A stretch of DNA of 62,970 bases, the filler included, from Hausera hauseri (Eukaryota), in NCBI GenBank assembly GCA_046269625.1. It is 12 parts of 12 records of this genome, joined end to end, with 100 filler letters (N's around TTAATTAATTAA, not from the genome) between each part and the next. Parts side by side here need not be neighbours in the genome. Positions count along the whole stretch, not along the records: positions 25,633 to 30,521 come from JBJURY010402257.1; positions 30,622 to 34,641 come from JBJURY010814754.1; positions 34,742 to 39,361 come from JBJURY010501131.1; 9 more parts are not named here. The stretch is one strand, 5' to 3'. The notes under the pieces are model-generated. The model was not told the origin of the DNA and did no database searches. It was given only the letters and a program-made list of their open reading frames with translations. Positions 25,633 to 37,799 of the stretch are shown here, piece by piece; positions within the stretch are counted from its first letter, which is position 1; each line of letters begins with the position of its first letter. The translations under genes were made by a program, and so were the position numbers.

Positions 25633-26990
25633 ACTCTGTTAAATTCGTTTTCTCGAGTCGGGTTTGTTTTAATGACCAAATATAGCAAAACTTTTCTTAA
25701 TTCTTCTATGGTATTCTGTACCATAATTTTCTCGATCACCGTCTTATCGGTTAAAGTGCTATTGATATTCTAAAACGAAAATTTCTCATCATTCTGGCTG
25801 CATTATATACAGCCTTTTCTTTTTCATCCAGTATATCGCCGCGTAGACTAGAATGATTCACTATGCGTATTAAATTTTTCATGAGTTCATTTAATTCTTC
25901 ATTCTCAGCACGGAAGGTAGGTATATACACCTGTCTTAATTCTCTAATCAAATTTCCATTATAATCGATTTCTTCTCGTATTTTCCGTGGTCTACCGACA
26001 GGACGTTTCTGACTCGCTGTAACGGATATGGCTTCGCTAGGGGATACTAAATTTTTATCGTACTGTTCCTTGTCTTCATCGGTTTACAAGTATTCGAAGT
26101 ACATTGATGCATCTGGAATTCCCATAATTCGTCCTACACTGATCAGTTTTAGCCTTTCGCGTGGATTCTTTTGTTTCATCAATTGTGACTATTGCTACTA
26201 TACTGTTTGATTCATCTGGGATGATCCAAACATCCGTTAATTGTTCCAATTCATCTAATTTTATCCGTCTAAAATAGAGTCTATAATTCAGTTCGTTTCC
26301 TCCACCATTGCTTATTAGCCACTGCTTTACGTCACTTACGGAGGAGCGCTTGGTAAACTCACATTCTTTTTCGTCCATCCATTCCGATGACACCACCACT
26401 TTAATCGTCACTTCGGATTTAGCCCTTAAGATTTTAGAATATTCCTTTATTAAAAGTTTCGGCACGGCATTTTAAATGGTACTTTCGCTCGATAATTTAG
26501 TCATGGTAGGAATTAATTGTCTTAACTTATTTTCGGCAATATTTACATTAATTAATTTAATTAAATCTTTTTCAGTTTGCGCCGAATCCAGAAGCATCTC
26601 CACACTGAATCTCCGATCCTGTGGGCACGTCTCCGTTTCGAACAGACGTACAGGAGTTTTCGGATTTTCAGCAACCACTGCATCTAAATATGCATTCAAT
26701 TCTGGATAGCTTTTATTCTCTGGTGTCCGTAATCAATTACTGGAATATTCGCTGGTCGGATTGCGTTCATACTTCGTATCATCTCTCCCCGCAATTTTTC
26801 TGGCATTTTCGCCATTTGTGTAATCCGGAAACAACATGCGTCTCCCGAAGTTTGATGCAATAATGTAAACAAGTGGCCCAATTAGTCGGCCTGGATTAAT
26901 CCTTTTTCTTGGTAATTAGTTAATTCAGAGGCTACGACTCTGCCATATTTGCACAAATTGTGATTTGTGAGCTATTTCTGTCTCCGTAAT
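25633..26990 (-). pseudogene. Disrupted long ORF with ubiquitin-like domain and AT-hook (possibly a retroelement ORF)
   Basis: Collinear minus-strand ORFs 26472-26699, 26076-26465 and 25751-25951; SVSDVKQWL..NYRLYFRRIKLDELEQLTDVWI (Ubl pattern); KRPVGRPRK. Confidence 0.45.
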
Positions 26991-27214
26991 AGCACATTTA
27001 TTTCTATAAACTTCCAACTCTTGGGTTAGTTCATTTATAATAACGATTTCCACAGAAATTAGGTTGTAAAATTGTAGAATGAATTATTATTAATCATTCG
27101 GATTATTAATAATTTTCTTTTCTATACTGATTTAAAATATTGGTTTCACTTTCGTTTTTATTTACAATTTATATATTCTTTTGCGAATTTCGCCTTTTTG
27201 TAACACTCGTATTT

Positions 27215-27870
27215 TTATGCTTGTGGGACAGAAGAGCCTCGAATCAACATTACATTACCCGTGATTGGCCCGCTTGCCCTGACTTAACTGTTGGTCCGTT
27301 CAACATCCGTCATGAGAGCCTGATTGGTCTGACTAAAGTTCTGCTACTACCCTTGCATATAAAGGTCGGTCTCGCCAAGCATTATGCTATTGTACTGGAC
27401 TGTCAGTCAACGGCATTCCAATACATTTGCTCTATGTTCCCGAAACTTTCAGACGCAAAACTCAAAGCCTATGTTTTTACAGGACATCAAATTCGTGCCA
27501 TGTCACAATGTGAAGAGTTAGAAAAGAGGATGTCAGGGATGGAAAGAAAGGCATGACAGTCGTTCAGAGGGGCGTGGTAAATGGAATTCTTGAAAAAACG
27601 GGAATGATAGTTATCAAGATCTTGTTGAGAATTTGATGAAGACATATGAGAGTCATGGATGCCGAATGTCAATAAAGACGCATTTTCGCCATTCAGATTG
27701 AATTTTGGAGCTGTTAGTTAAGAACATTGCGTACAGTTCCACCAGGACATTCAAGTTATGGAAAAGCGTTACCAAGGGAAATGGGATGCGGCTATGATGG
27801 AGGAGTATGTGTGGAGTTTGGTTCGTGATGTTTCTTGCAAAAGACAAGCTCGCTCAAGCACTAATTTTTG
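27215..27870 (+). mobile_element. Chapaev3-like (CMC superfamily) transposase remnant
   Basis: CLWDRRA..HY..WP; KVLLLPLHIKVGL; FPKLSDAKLK; GCRMSIKTHF; FHQDIQVMEKRYQGKW. Confidence 0.8.
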
Positions 27871-28229
27871 ACATTTCTTAATAATGTATATAGTGAAATA
27901 GAATTGTAATTATTTACTTTATTAATTGTCCTGTTCATCAGTATGTAAAATGTGTTTTTTCCACTAGGGCTCATGAGCATATAATTTTATTTTTCAAAGT
28001 TTTGTTTGGACGGTTGACATTAGAAAAAACTGATTGTAGATTATTTTTTTCGCAATAAATTACATATAATATTCCCAAAAATGAGGATAACCATGACTTT
28101 CATGAAAATTTGTGGCGCAGTGTAATTTACGGCAGGACTGGTGCCTACGTCTATAGGTAATGCGTAATTTGTAGTAGGGTAAAATTGGGAAGTCTGCCTC
28201 ACCCTCCGGGGGTGTGAGAATCGATAAAT

Positions 28230-29070
28230 CAATTTGCACATGTGCCAATCGATAGTGCACATGGTGCACTATCGATCGGTAGTGCGCTAGGCGACGGTGC
28301 CGCTAGGCGACGGTGCCGCTAGGCACTGTTGCTATGCACATTTTTGCACATTTCACAAATCGATCGTTGCACGTTGCACAATTGATCTAATCGATCGGGA
28401 CAAAGTGCTAATCGAGTGCACATCGATTAGTACACAGTGCAGGTGTGCAGCACATGAGCAAGTACAAAAATCAATAATATCGGATTTCCATAATGCCAAT
28501 ATTGATGATTAGCATCCGGCACTGGGCGCAATCGAGTGAAAAATCTATTCTCTATATGAATATACAATTAGAATTTAAATATATTGATTGGTTTTCGAAT
28601 AATTGCCAACTGAGACAGACTTCCAACAGGCCTTTACGGTATAAAATAAAAATCGATAATTTTGATCCGGGGCAAGTACTGCTCGGTAGTACATAGGTGC
28701 ACTACCAAATGGGAAATGCTCAATGCTGGGGTGTCTTTGGGCACGGTTGCCATGGCACTTTTACACTTTTCACATGCTTGTTGCTGTACGCCATAGGAAT
28801 GCTCGAATCGATTGGGTCCAAGTGCAGGTAAATAGAGCACATCGAGATGCATCTTGATATGCACTGTGAAAGTGCGCAGCACATGTGCAAGTTTGCAAAA
28901 ATCAATAATATCGGATTTCCGATATTTCCAACATTGATAATTAGGACATGTGACCGGGTGCATTCGAACACAAACATGATGCAGTACATGAATATGCAGT
29001 TAGAATTTAAATGTATCGATTAGTTTTCGAATAATATCGATCCGAAGTGCAACTGAGGCAGAATTCCTAT
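28230..29070. repeat. Repeat-rich noncoding block upstream of polB (16-bp tandem and ~430-bp period duplication)
   Basis: gctaggcgacggtgcc x2.4 at 28286-28324; 28446-28620 is similar to 28873-29065; many ATCGAT/TGCA palindromic words. Confidence 0.75.
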
Positions 29071-29624
29071 AGGTTTTATTTGTACTAGCACTCAAAATTC
29101 GATATTATAATTAGCTGGGACAGATAGGAAGTCGAATATGCGGATCTCGAATCTCAAGTCAGAGATCCCAAATTCGAATATTTTCAAGCTCGAATATCGA
29201 AAGTCGAACTAATCGAAAAATCTAACAAAGGCAATCGATTCCTGATATATTAAAACCTTTTATATATAAAAATTATTCCATGAAAATATACTATATAGAT
29301 ATAACATCAATATTTCGAATTAAGCAAAATATGTATTTAAAGCCAAATGAAGCGGAAATCAATAAATCCATAAGCAGGCGCAGATAGAAAATTATACATG
29401 CCGAATCGGCATATGATGTTAGATATTTGAATTTGAGCTTTCAAGTCGAATACTTAGCTATTAGAACTTAAATATTCGGTCAAGCAAGCACTATTCGAAG
29501 AATATGATAAAGTCATTCGAAGTCCCATATACGAGTACCTATATAGCAATCAATATTAGTGCAGTGCAGCGCATTTCGGTGTATAAAAACAAGGTTTTCC
29601 AATATGGTAAATGTATATAATAAA

Positions 29625-30521
29625 TGAAGCTATTCTCAGATGAGTTCAGAGTTGCAATCATAATCCTCAACATAGCAGCACAACGGCATACCAATATCAT
29701 AAGCTCTTATTGCATTGCATGTATGCCAAAGGACTGGACAGTGAACCATTTCTATTCAGAGGTCTAGGTGCAGCAACACATTTCATGAAGAGACTTGAAG
29801 ACATGGCTCATAAGCTTAAACACATGCTTCAGTAGCATAAGGATAATATGGGCATGTCGAAGCAGCAAGAAGAATGGCGCAAGGTAACAGCATATTACTT
29901 GTGCTCCAAATCATTCACTAAGGAGAATCATAAAGCCAAGAATCATTGCCATTTTACAGGCAAATATTGGAGCGCAGCATGCAACAACTGCAATCTTCGC
30001 TGCAAAACATGTACATTTGTGCCTGTAGTGTTCCATAATCTCAGTGGATATGATTCCCACTTCATTGTTCGGGAACTGTGAAACATTGAGGGGAACACTG
30101 ATGTTATCCCCAACAGTGAGGAGAAGTATATCACATTTACGATGCATGTTGATAAAATCTGGCTTCGCGTCATAGACAGTGTACGTTTCATGTCGTCTCT
30201 ACTTGACATTTTAGTGAAGAACCTCCCTGCAGAAGAACTCAAGGCGAAGAAGCGGTTCTTTCCCATTTTATTTGACCTCGTCAAGAGGAAAGGCGTGTTT
30301 CCTATGGCTGTATAACATCATAGGAAAACAATGGATGAGACCTCACTACCGAACAAAAAGGACTTTTACAATATCCTCTCTGATTACAATATCAGTGATG
30401 CTAACTACCAGTATGCTCAGAACGTCTGGCAGGCATTCCAATGGAGAACATTAGGGGAATATAGTGATATATATCTCCAAACCGATGTGCTGCTGCTAAC
30501 AGATGTATTTGAAAGTTTCAG
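29625..30521 (+). pseudogene. polB: Maverick pPolB exonuclease-region fragment (second family)
   Basis: NHCHFTGKYWSAACNNCNL; PVVFHNLSGYDSHFI; VIPNSEEKYITF; RKGVFP; TLGEYSDIYLQTDVLLLTDVFESF. Confidence 0.93.
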
Positions 30522-30989
30522 NNNNNNNNNNNNNNNNNNNNNNNNNNNNNNNNNNNNNNNNNNNNTTAATTAATTAANNNNNNNNNNNNNNNNNNNNNNN
30601 NNNNNNNNNNNNNNNNNNNNNATTTTTTGACCAATCAGATTACGCCAAGTGGAGGTGGGAATAGTGAAACCACGACCAGATCAGAAAATGCTTTGTTACA
30701 AAAAATTTTTACGCGCCAAATTCAAATTTTTACACGTACCTAAAATCCATACAGTACGCGTGCTTCTGTGTATCCACTTTCTGCTGTGTCTCCTATATCC
30801 ACCCTATTAACCGTGTGTGTGTATCATTTTTTCTACCCCATGACTCATTCGCGAACCAAACCTTTCCTTCCTTCCCCGAGGGGGGGAGGTGGGGCCATGC
30901 ACTCACATCTACCTACTGGCCGAACATGGCTTCCAGGTTGCATATATCTTGCCGTAATGTTTCCGTTTCCGTGAGTTTCCATCCTAGTT

Positions 30990-31950
30990 CTATTCAGAAT
31001 GCCTTTTGCAAATCCAGACCACCTATTATTTCTGGCCGTAAATCCGACACTACCAGAAATGTCACGTCTCCTTAGACCCTTGATTTCTACGTTTGTTGTA
31101 AGTGTGCCCAGGCAATCTAAGGGGCTATTGTTCTCGCATCGTCGTGTGGTATCTGATTCCTCTATGTGTGTGTTTGCAAGTTTATACACGACCTTTTTGC
31201 TTATGACGTTTGCCTTGGCTCCCGTGTCCAATAATCAATCTTCCCATCTGTCTTGTATCTTTATTTTGTTTCCTAGTCGTCCATTAACCTTCCTGTATGA
31301 TATCTGTTCGACATACAATTCGTCTAGCGTTACGATCTGCGTAAGGTTCCCACTTTCCGCCATTTCGTTGGAGGATACTTCTTCTAAATTTTCCGTTTTC
31401 ATAAATTTTCGTACTTTTTCCTGTGACCCTTTATTCATCGCTATATGTCCATGTCCCCTTCTTGATCCGTCTATGCTACTTGGTATTCTACTACTATTAT
31501 AGATAACGATATTTTGAGAGACTGAATCTATTGTAGTGCCCCGATTTGCTCCACTTCTATCGAGGCTCTGCCTTTTGGGGCAACTGACTCCTGTTCCGAT
31601 TTTGTTTCTTCCTCTACATTTGCGATTTTGCCCCGTCTTCTGTTCAGATTATCCCCGTACCGTCTTTTGACGTTGTATATGTCCCATCCTTGTTCTCTTT
31701 TCTCATCCAGCCTGGTGTAGCAATCCTTTTCGGTATGTCCCCTATGGTGACATCTCGCACAACTAAGATTTGTACAATTTCGTCTGATGTGCCCTAGCTG
31801 ACCACATCCGTATCATCTTATTGGTTTTCTTTCGGGACACTGCCTGATTATGTATCCTTCTTTTCCGCATCCAAAGCATTTATTCGGTCTCAGTGTGGTA
31901 CAAGTTCTGCTCGTATATCCTTCCTTCTGGCATGTCCAACACTTTAATCT
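30990..31950 (-). mobile_element. Ty3/gypsy gag-protease remnant with four CCHC knuckles
   Basis: CWTCQKEGYTSRTC, CFGCGKEGYIIRQC, *YGCGQLGHIRRNC, CARCHHRGHTEKDC; protease LLDTGAKANVIS. Confidence 0.82.
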
Positions 31951-33009
31951 ACTATTTTATTGTCTAGTTGAGGTATTACTCAAGTTTGTGAACTTGAAAT
32001 AAATAATTTGGCTGCGAATTTACTACTAAAATTTTCATATCTAATGCACATTTTTTTAAATGTGCTTTAAATGTGGGTCGTCTCAAGCGTCTTAACTAAA
32101 AAGGAATTAACGGAACTAAAATATTTGAGAATTCTTATAACATTGATATCTGCATACGTGACAAATTTTATTGAAATCCCAATAGTGTTCCTTGTGAGTA
32201 AAATATTAGTTAAAAATGAGAATTTTATGAATTTTCAAAATTCTTTTGTACGTAAGTGGGAAATTGAAGAATTGCGAAATGACGTAACATTTAGAAGTCC
32301 ATGTTGCAATATCTTAACTTTGCAAAAACTTCGTTTTTAATCAGCATCACTTTTGTATTACTATATAACCTGTAGACTTTGTAAAACTATAATGTTATTG
32401 AAAACGCATAAAATTTGAATTCTCTTCATAATAAAAATTTTAGATATATAATAGGTAACACGTATTTTGTTAATAATTCCTGCTCACGAGTAGTAGGTTA
32501 TGCTGGGTCGAGGCCAAAACCCCTTTACGTAATAATAATGGGTTTGGCCTCGACCCAGCGTAACATATTACTATCACAAAATTTACTTGATTTTCATTAA
32601 CTAAATTTATGTAAGCTAATCAACAATCGACTTTAACAAAATGGTGCACCAAATTTGTTTAATGTGTTACTATTTTTTATGGTCATTTTAGCTATCATAA
32701 AAATGGCTTACTAATTAAAAATATGTCTGTAAATTTAACAAATTGGTCTGCTATAAAAGTAGTTATCCGGTGACCCAGTAAAATAAATATGGTTAAAAGT
32801 ATCGGGTCTTCTACAAAACAGCATCTTTCTAAAGGTTGCATAAAATGGATGCAGAACCTTTGCGAGGATATAATCGAGAACGGAAATTCTAAAATGGACA
32901 TTTTCGCGAACAATTTGTTGCCCAACAAATTCAGAAAAGGTGACGAGGTGGAGAGGTTCATTAAAGGATGTCAAAAATTCTTTAAATATATGAACATTAT
33001 ATACATGTC

Positions 33010-33281
33010 TTTTTGAGGACAATAATGTTGCAGAATTTGTTTAACGTTCTTTATGTAACGTTCTAATATTTCAATCTTATTAAGATCTTCGTCAGAGAAC
33101 ATCGGTCGAGCAGATATTTCGACACGAAATAAACAATGTCTACTCATCTTTTTGAATCTCGCACACACAGTTCGTTGTACTATAAGTATGTTCTCTGACG
33201 AAGATCTTAATAAGATCGAAATATTAGAAAGTTAAATAAAGAACGTTGAACAAATTCTGCACCATTATTGTCCTCAAAAGA
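33010..33281. repeat. ~95-bp inverted repeat with ~85-bp spacer
   Basis: 33010-33102 is the near-exact reverse complement of 33188-33281. Confidence 0.85.
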
Positions 33282-33348
33282 CCTAGTTTTTAGTATTAAT
33301 AATAAAATGTGTCATTCCCCTCGTTTAATACAACGAAATACGTAATGC

Positions 33349-33960
33349 TTACACTGAATAATGCGGAACCGTTTCTGGATTATTAACCGCCAATTTGTTC
33401 TGTGGATTAGACATCGCTCGAAGTCGGCCAGTAATTGCTCTCATTTTGTATAAAATCAAAATCGTACAAACAGTCATCGTTGCAGCTGGTATTGAATAAT
33501 AAAAAACCAGACTAATTGCCGGTCGAACAACATCTTCATAATATATCATAAATTCTCTCGTAGAACACGTCACCCCATATTTGTCTGACCCAAGAACGAA
33601 CGTGAAAAACGACGATACGTTTTTCAGAAACGCCAGGAGAAATATTATCCCTAAAACGACCAACGTATTTTTTAGAGATTTCCACTTTTGGTTTTGCATA
33701 GGTACAACAACTGCTACGAGTCGATCAATAGTTAAGGCAATCAGAATCCAAACTGCAACATCTCCAGAAAAGAACATAACAAACCGATGGAATATACAAC
33801 TAAACGTTGAAGTCGGAATCATTTCCGATCCGTTATGAAACCCACGGTAAATATTCGGAATGCATCCAGACAGTAACAAAATTGTGTCAAAAACTGCTAA
33901 TATTTTCATGTAAATGGCAATTGTACTATCTCGAAAGTTTGGTCTGAGAAAGATGTAAAA
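33349..33960 (-). CDS. Rhodopsin-family (peptide receptor-like) GPCR fragment, TM2-TM5
   Basis: IYMKILAVFDT (TM2), CIFHRF..ALTIDRLVAVVVP (TM3, DRY variant), SIPAATMTVCTILI (TM5). TM1 is missing; the ORF runs into a probable gtaag donor. Confidence 0.85.
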   Translation of the reverse strand, partial: FYIFLRPNFRDSTIAIYMKILAVFDTILLLSGCIPNIYRGFHNGSEMIPTSTFSCIFHRFVMFFSGDVAVWILIALTIDRLVAVVVPMQNQKWKSLKNTLVVLGIIFLLAFLKNVSSFFTFVLGSDKYGVTCSTREFMIYYEDVVRPAISLVFYYSIPAATMTVCTILILYKMRAITGRLRAMSNPQNKLAVNNPETVPHYSV

Positions 33961-34835
33961 GCATCAGCCTCTGGGACTAAAACATGAAGCTGGTGCAGAG
34001 GAGCAAAAAACATGGCTGGTTTTAAAACAAAGAGCTGCAGGCCGAGAGGAGGATTACTCAGCTGCTGAAGCTAATGAACAGAGGCGTCGCGTCTCGCTAT
34101 CGCTCCGTAACCTCTGTGTGGATGAAAAGCTCAAACCTACGTCTCAAATTTATAGGTCAGAGGTGGAAAAAAAACACTCAGCGGATCTTTTTCCTGCCTC
34201 TTTATTTGGGTATTAACATTGAGACAATGTTAAAGAACTGGGACTGGAAACGGCTGCTCTCACTTTCTTTTTCTTCATATGGGCTCCGATAAGCAGAACG
34301 CAGGAAGCAAAAACTATCCTGCAAGACTTGTTTTTGTTTTTTGCAAATCAATAACTACAAAAGATGCTTAACAGAAAAGCATGGTCTGTGGATATCTAAT
34401 GGTTAGATATGAGGCAATGGGGAAAATATATACTGTATATATATATCAGGTAGTGCAATGTAGCTACTTCATTGTTCAGTCTCCACATCCTGATCCAGTC
34501 AGCTGGAGCTTCTAGAGGAGAACAAGCAGCAGCCAGTGAGTCAGAAACTAACAGGTCAATGATAAAGCAACAATTGTGTTATATTTGGCTGGAAGAAACC
34601 AACAGATTGCACCGATTGACTAAACCAACAGCATCGTGATGNNNNNNNNNNNNNNNNNNNNNNNNNNNNNNNNNNNNNNNNNNNNTTAATTAATTAANNN
34701 NNNNNNNNNNNNNNNNNNNNNNNNNNNNNNNNNNNNNNNNNACAATTGGTGTCAGATTACACTTCAAGGTAACAATTTGTCCAAATTATAACATTCTGGT
34801 GTTTACAAAACTATTGTTCTATAATTGCATGTTAA

Positions 34836-35241
34836 ATGGATGAAATTAATGATATCTATTCAAATGTACTGTTTGGTTTAGAAATTGGTTTGCAAGATTA
34901 TTTTAACAAAGTTCAAAATTAAAGTAAATTTCTGTGCTAAAGAATGTTGACCAACATGAAAAACTTCAGAAAATTGGCCAGGGCACGTTTGGTGAAGTGT
35001 TTAAAATTAGAGAGTGAGAATAAGAAATATTTTGCTTTGAAGCCAATTAAACTTGAGCGGGAAAAAGAGATTTACTATAACTGCATTGCGAAAAATAAAA
35101 ATTCTCCAGCTCTTAATCATCCCAATATTGTATGTTTGAAAGAGATTTGCTGAAGTTCCGCAACAAAGAAAAAAACTTTAAACCGGAGTTCTTTATGCTA
35201 TTTGATCTTTGTGATCACGATCTGGCTGGTTTATTAAGTGA
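34836..35241 (+). pseudogene. CDK9: CDK9 N-lobe fragment
   Basis: HEKLQKIGQGTFGEVFK; TITALRKIKILQLLNHPNIVCLKEIC; FDLCDHDLAGLLS. Confidence 0.85.
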
Positions 35242-37180
35242 TCAGTTGGAAAATCCCAGTTTAGTTCTGCGCATTAATGCTTCATTGCCAAAACTTTTTC
35301 CAATTTTTCTCCCACAAAAATCCAAAATTTCGAGCTAATGCTCTTGCATGTCCAAATCAATTCATCAATGAACGTTCACATACTTTAATGAATAATATAG
35401 ATACATTCCTTCAGAATTTGTTTTTTCTGCCGCATGACAGTGATATTGAAGTCAGAAAATTGGTCTGTTCTGCAATTGTTTTATTGGTTGAAGTTCGAAT
35501 GGATCGATTAATCTTGAATATCAATGATGTTGTTCGATTTATGCTAATTAGAACTCAAGATAGTGATGATAATATAGCATTGGAAGCTTGCGAATTTTGT
35601 TTGTCTTTATCGGAACAGCCGGTATGTCAGAATGCATTGCATCCGTTTATCGGCGAGCTTGTCCCCGTTCTTGTTCGAGACATGAAATATTCAGATACTG
35701 ATCTGATGTTTTTTTCATACGGATATAGAAGAAGATAGCCATATTCCTGAGAAAGAAAGTGATATTCGACCCAGAACTCGTACATCATCAGCCGCTGAGG
35801 AAAGCGATGATGACGGTAAAGATAACGCTTATCTTTCCAATTGGACATTAAGAAAATGTTCCGCAGCTGCTCTTGATGTTTTAGCAAGTGTCTTTCATGA
35901 TGATTTGTTGCAAGTTCTACTCCCTATAATTAACGATACTCTGAACTCCAATGACTGGTTGATAAAAGAATCCGGTATCCTAGTTCTTGGAGCTATTGCA
36001 GAAGGTTGACCAGTTTTTATACATAAGTTCAATTTGTATGTTCAATAAAGGTTGTATGAATGGAATGCTCCAGTACTTATCAGAACTTTGTCCATTCCTC
36101 ATTCGGTGTTTAAGTGATACCAAACCGTTAGTGCGAAGTATTACTAGTTGGGCACTTAGTCGATACGTGCATTGGATTGTAAATCAGCCCCATGATTAGT
36201 ATTTTAAACTTTTGATGGAATATTTGTTGAAAAGGATTCTTGATTCAAACAAACGAGTTCAGGAAGCCGCCTGTTCGGCGTTTGCAACATTGGAAGAGGA
36301 TGCGTGTCCAGAATTGATGCCACATTTACCAAATATTCTTCAAAATCTTGTCACGGCATTTGGGAAATATTAATCTAAAAATTTGTTAATATTGTACGAT
36401 GCTACCGACACGTTAGCGGATTCTGTTGGGAATAATCTTAATAAACAGGATTATATTCAGTTGCTGATGCCTCCATTGTTCTATCAGTGGAATCAATTAA
36501 AAGATGACGGCAAAGACTTATTCCCATTGCTCGAATGTTTGTCCAGTGTAGCAACAGCGCTTGGTGATGGATTTATTCTATATTCTGAACATGTGTTTCA
36601 GCGATGCAATCGTCTCGTTGAAATGACTCTCAGGCATTTTGCGAATCAGGATGGGGTCGATGCTCCGGACAAAGATCTCATGCTCTAGCACTTGATTTAC
36701 TTAGCGGAATTACTGAAGGCCTTGGTAAAAACATCGAGCCTCGTTCGGAAAAGCAACATTATTCACTTGTTGCATCAATGCAACCAGGACGGACAACCGG
36801 AAGTCAAGTAGAGGAGTTTCACGTTGTTCGGTGATTTGACTAAAGCCTGTTTTCCATTGTTGCAACCATATACAACGGAATTCATGCAGATAATAGCAGC
36901 AAATTTAAACAGCCAGCATATTTCGGTGTCGAACAATGCCATTTTGGTTGCTGGTGAAATGGGCATGCAGCTGGGTCCTCAAATCACGATGTGTGCACCG
37001 CTACACGTCGAATATATCATAAACATCATCAATACGCATGTAACACCCAAAACCCTTCACGAGAACACCGCAATTACCATTGGTCGATTGGGTCTTGTCT
37101 TACCCGATGATATTGCTCCCCATTTGAATTTTTTCATTTGCAATTGGTGCATCTCCTTACGCAATATCCGCGATAACGAT
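35242..37180 (+). pseudogene. TNPO1: Transportin-1 (karyopherin beta-2) internal fragment, one retained ~46-nt intron
   Basis: IALEACEFCLSLSEQ; WTLRKCSAAALDVLASVF; [15 protein letters not shown]; [17 protein letters not shown]; [15 protein letters not shown]; TPKTLHENTAITIGRLG; WCISLRNIRDN. Multiple stops. Confidence 0.93.
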
Positions 37181-37799
37181 GTCTTTCTGAGTTCCAACTG
37201 ACAGACTCATATAAAGGTAATCCAACAATTGTTGCAATATATATTAATTGGTATACGAATGTTTTGATGAAAATTGCCTATAAAGATTATTTTGTTTACT
37301 CTCCGCTGTTGCAGTCATTTGCAACCGTGCCCGGTAAAGCCCAGAAACTTGCCTTTAGAGCTGACGACTACGCTGAACTACAAGAGGGGTCATCGGTTAC
37401 CCCGAAATTTTCGACCTGCTGCGGCGAGGCTAAGGTCCCGGCCGCCCACCTTGCGCCGGTGGGTCAGAAAGCGCCTTTCGCTGCCGTCCCACAACACGCC
37501 CCGGGCATATCACCTCTCCCTATTCCATCTTTCTTTTTCTAAACAACAAACATACACATACACAGAATTACACTTACATACTGCAGCCATTCATAACTTC
37601 ATCTTTACCTTACTCCACTCCTCTGACTTCTACCTCAAATACAATGGATCTGTCGTGCCTTTCGCTGAACTTCTCCAACCTTCTACAACTTGTGTCTGCT
37701 TTAACATTCACTTCCGTATCCGTGATAGCATGAATTCATCACCCACAATCTATACCACGGACAAACTCACCACACCACAGATCCCTATCATTCATTTAC

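Noticed and set aside
28286-28324. Short repeats as a CRISPR array
   Set aside because: Head-to-tail 16-mers without spacers, in a eukaryotic context.
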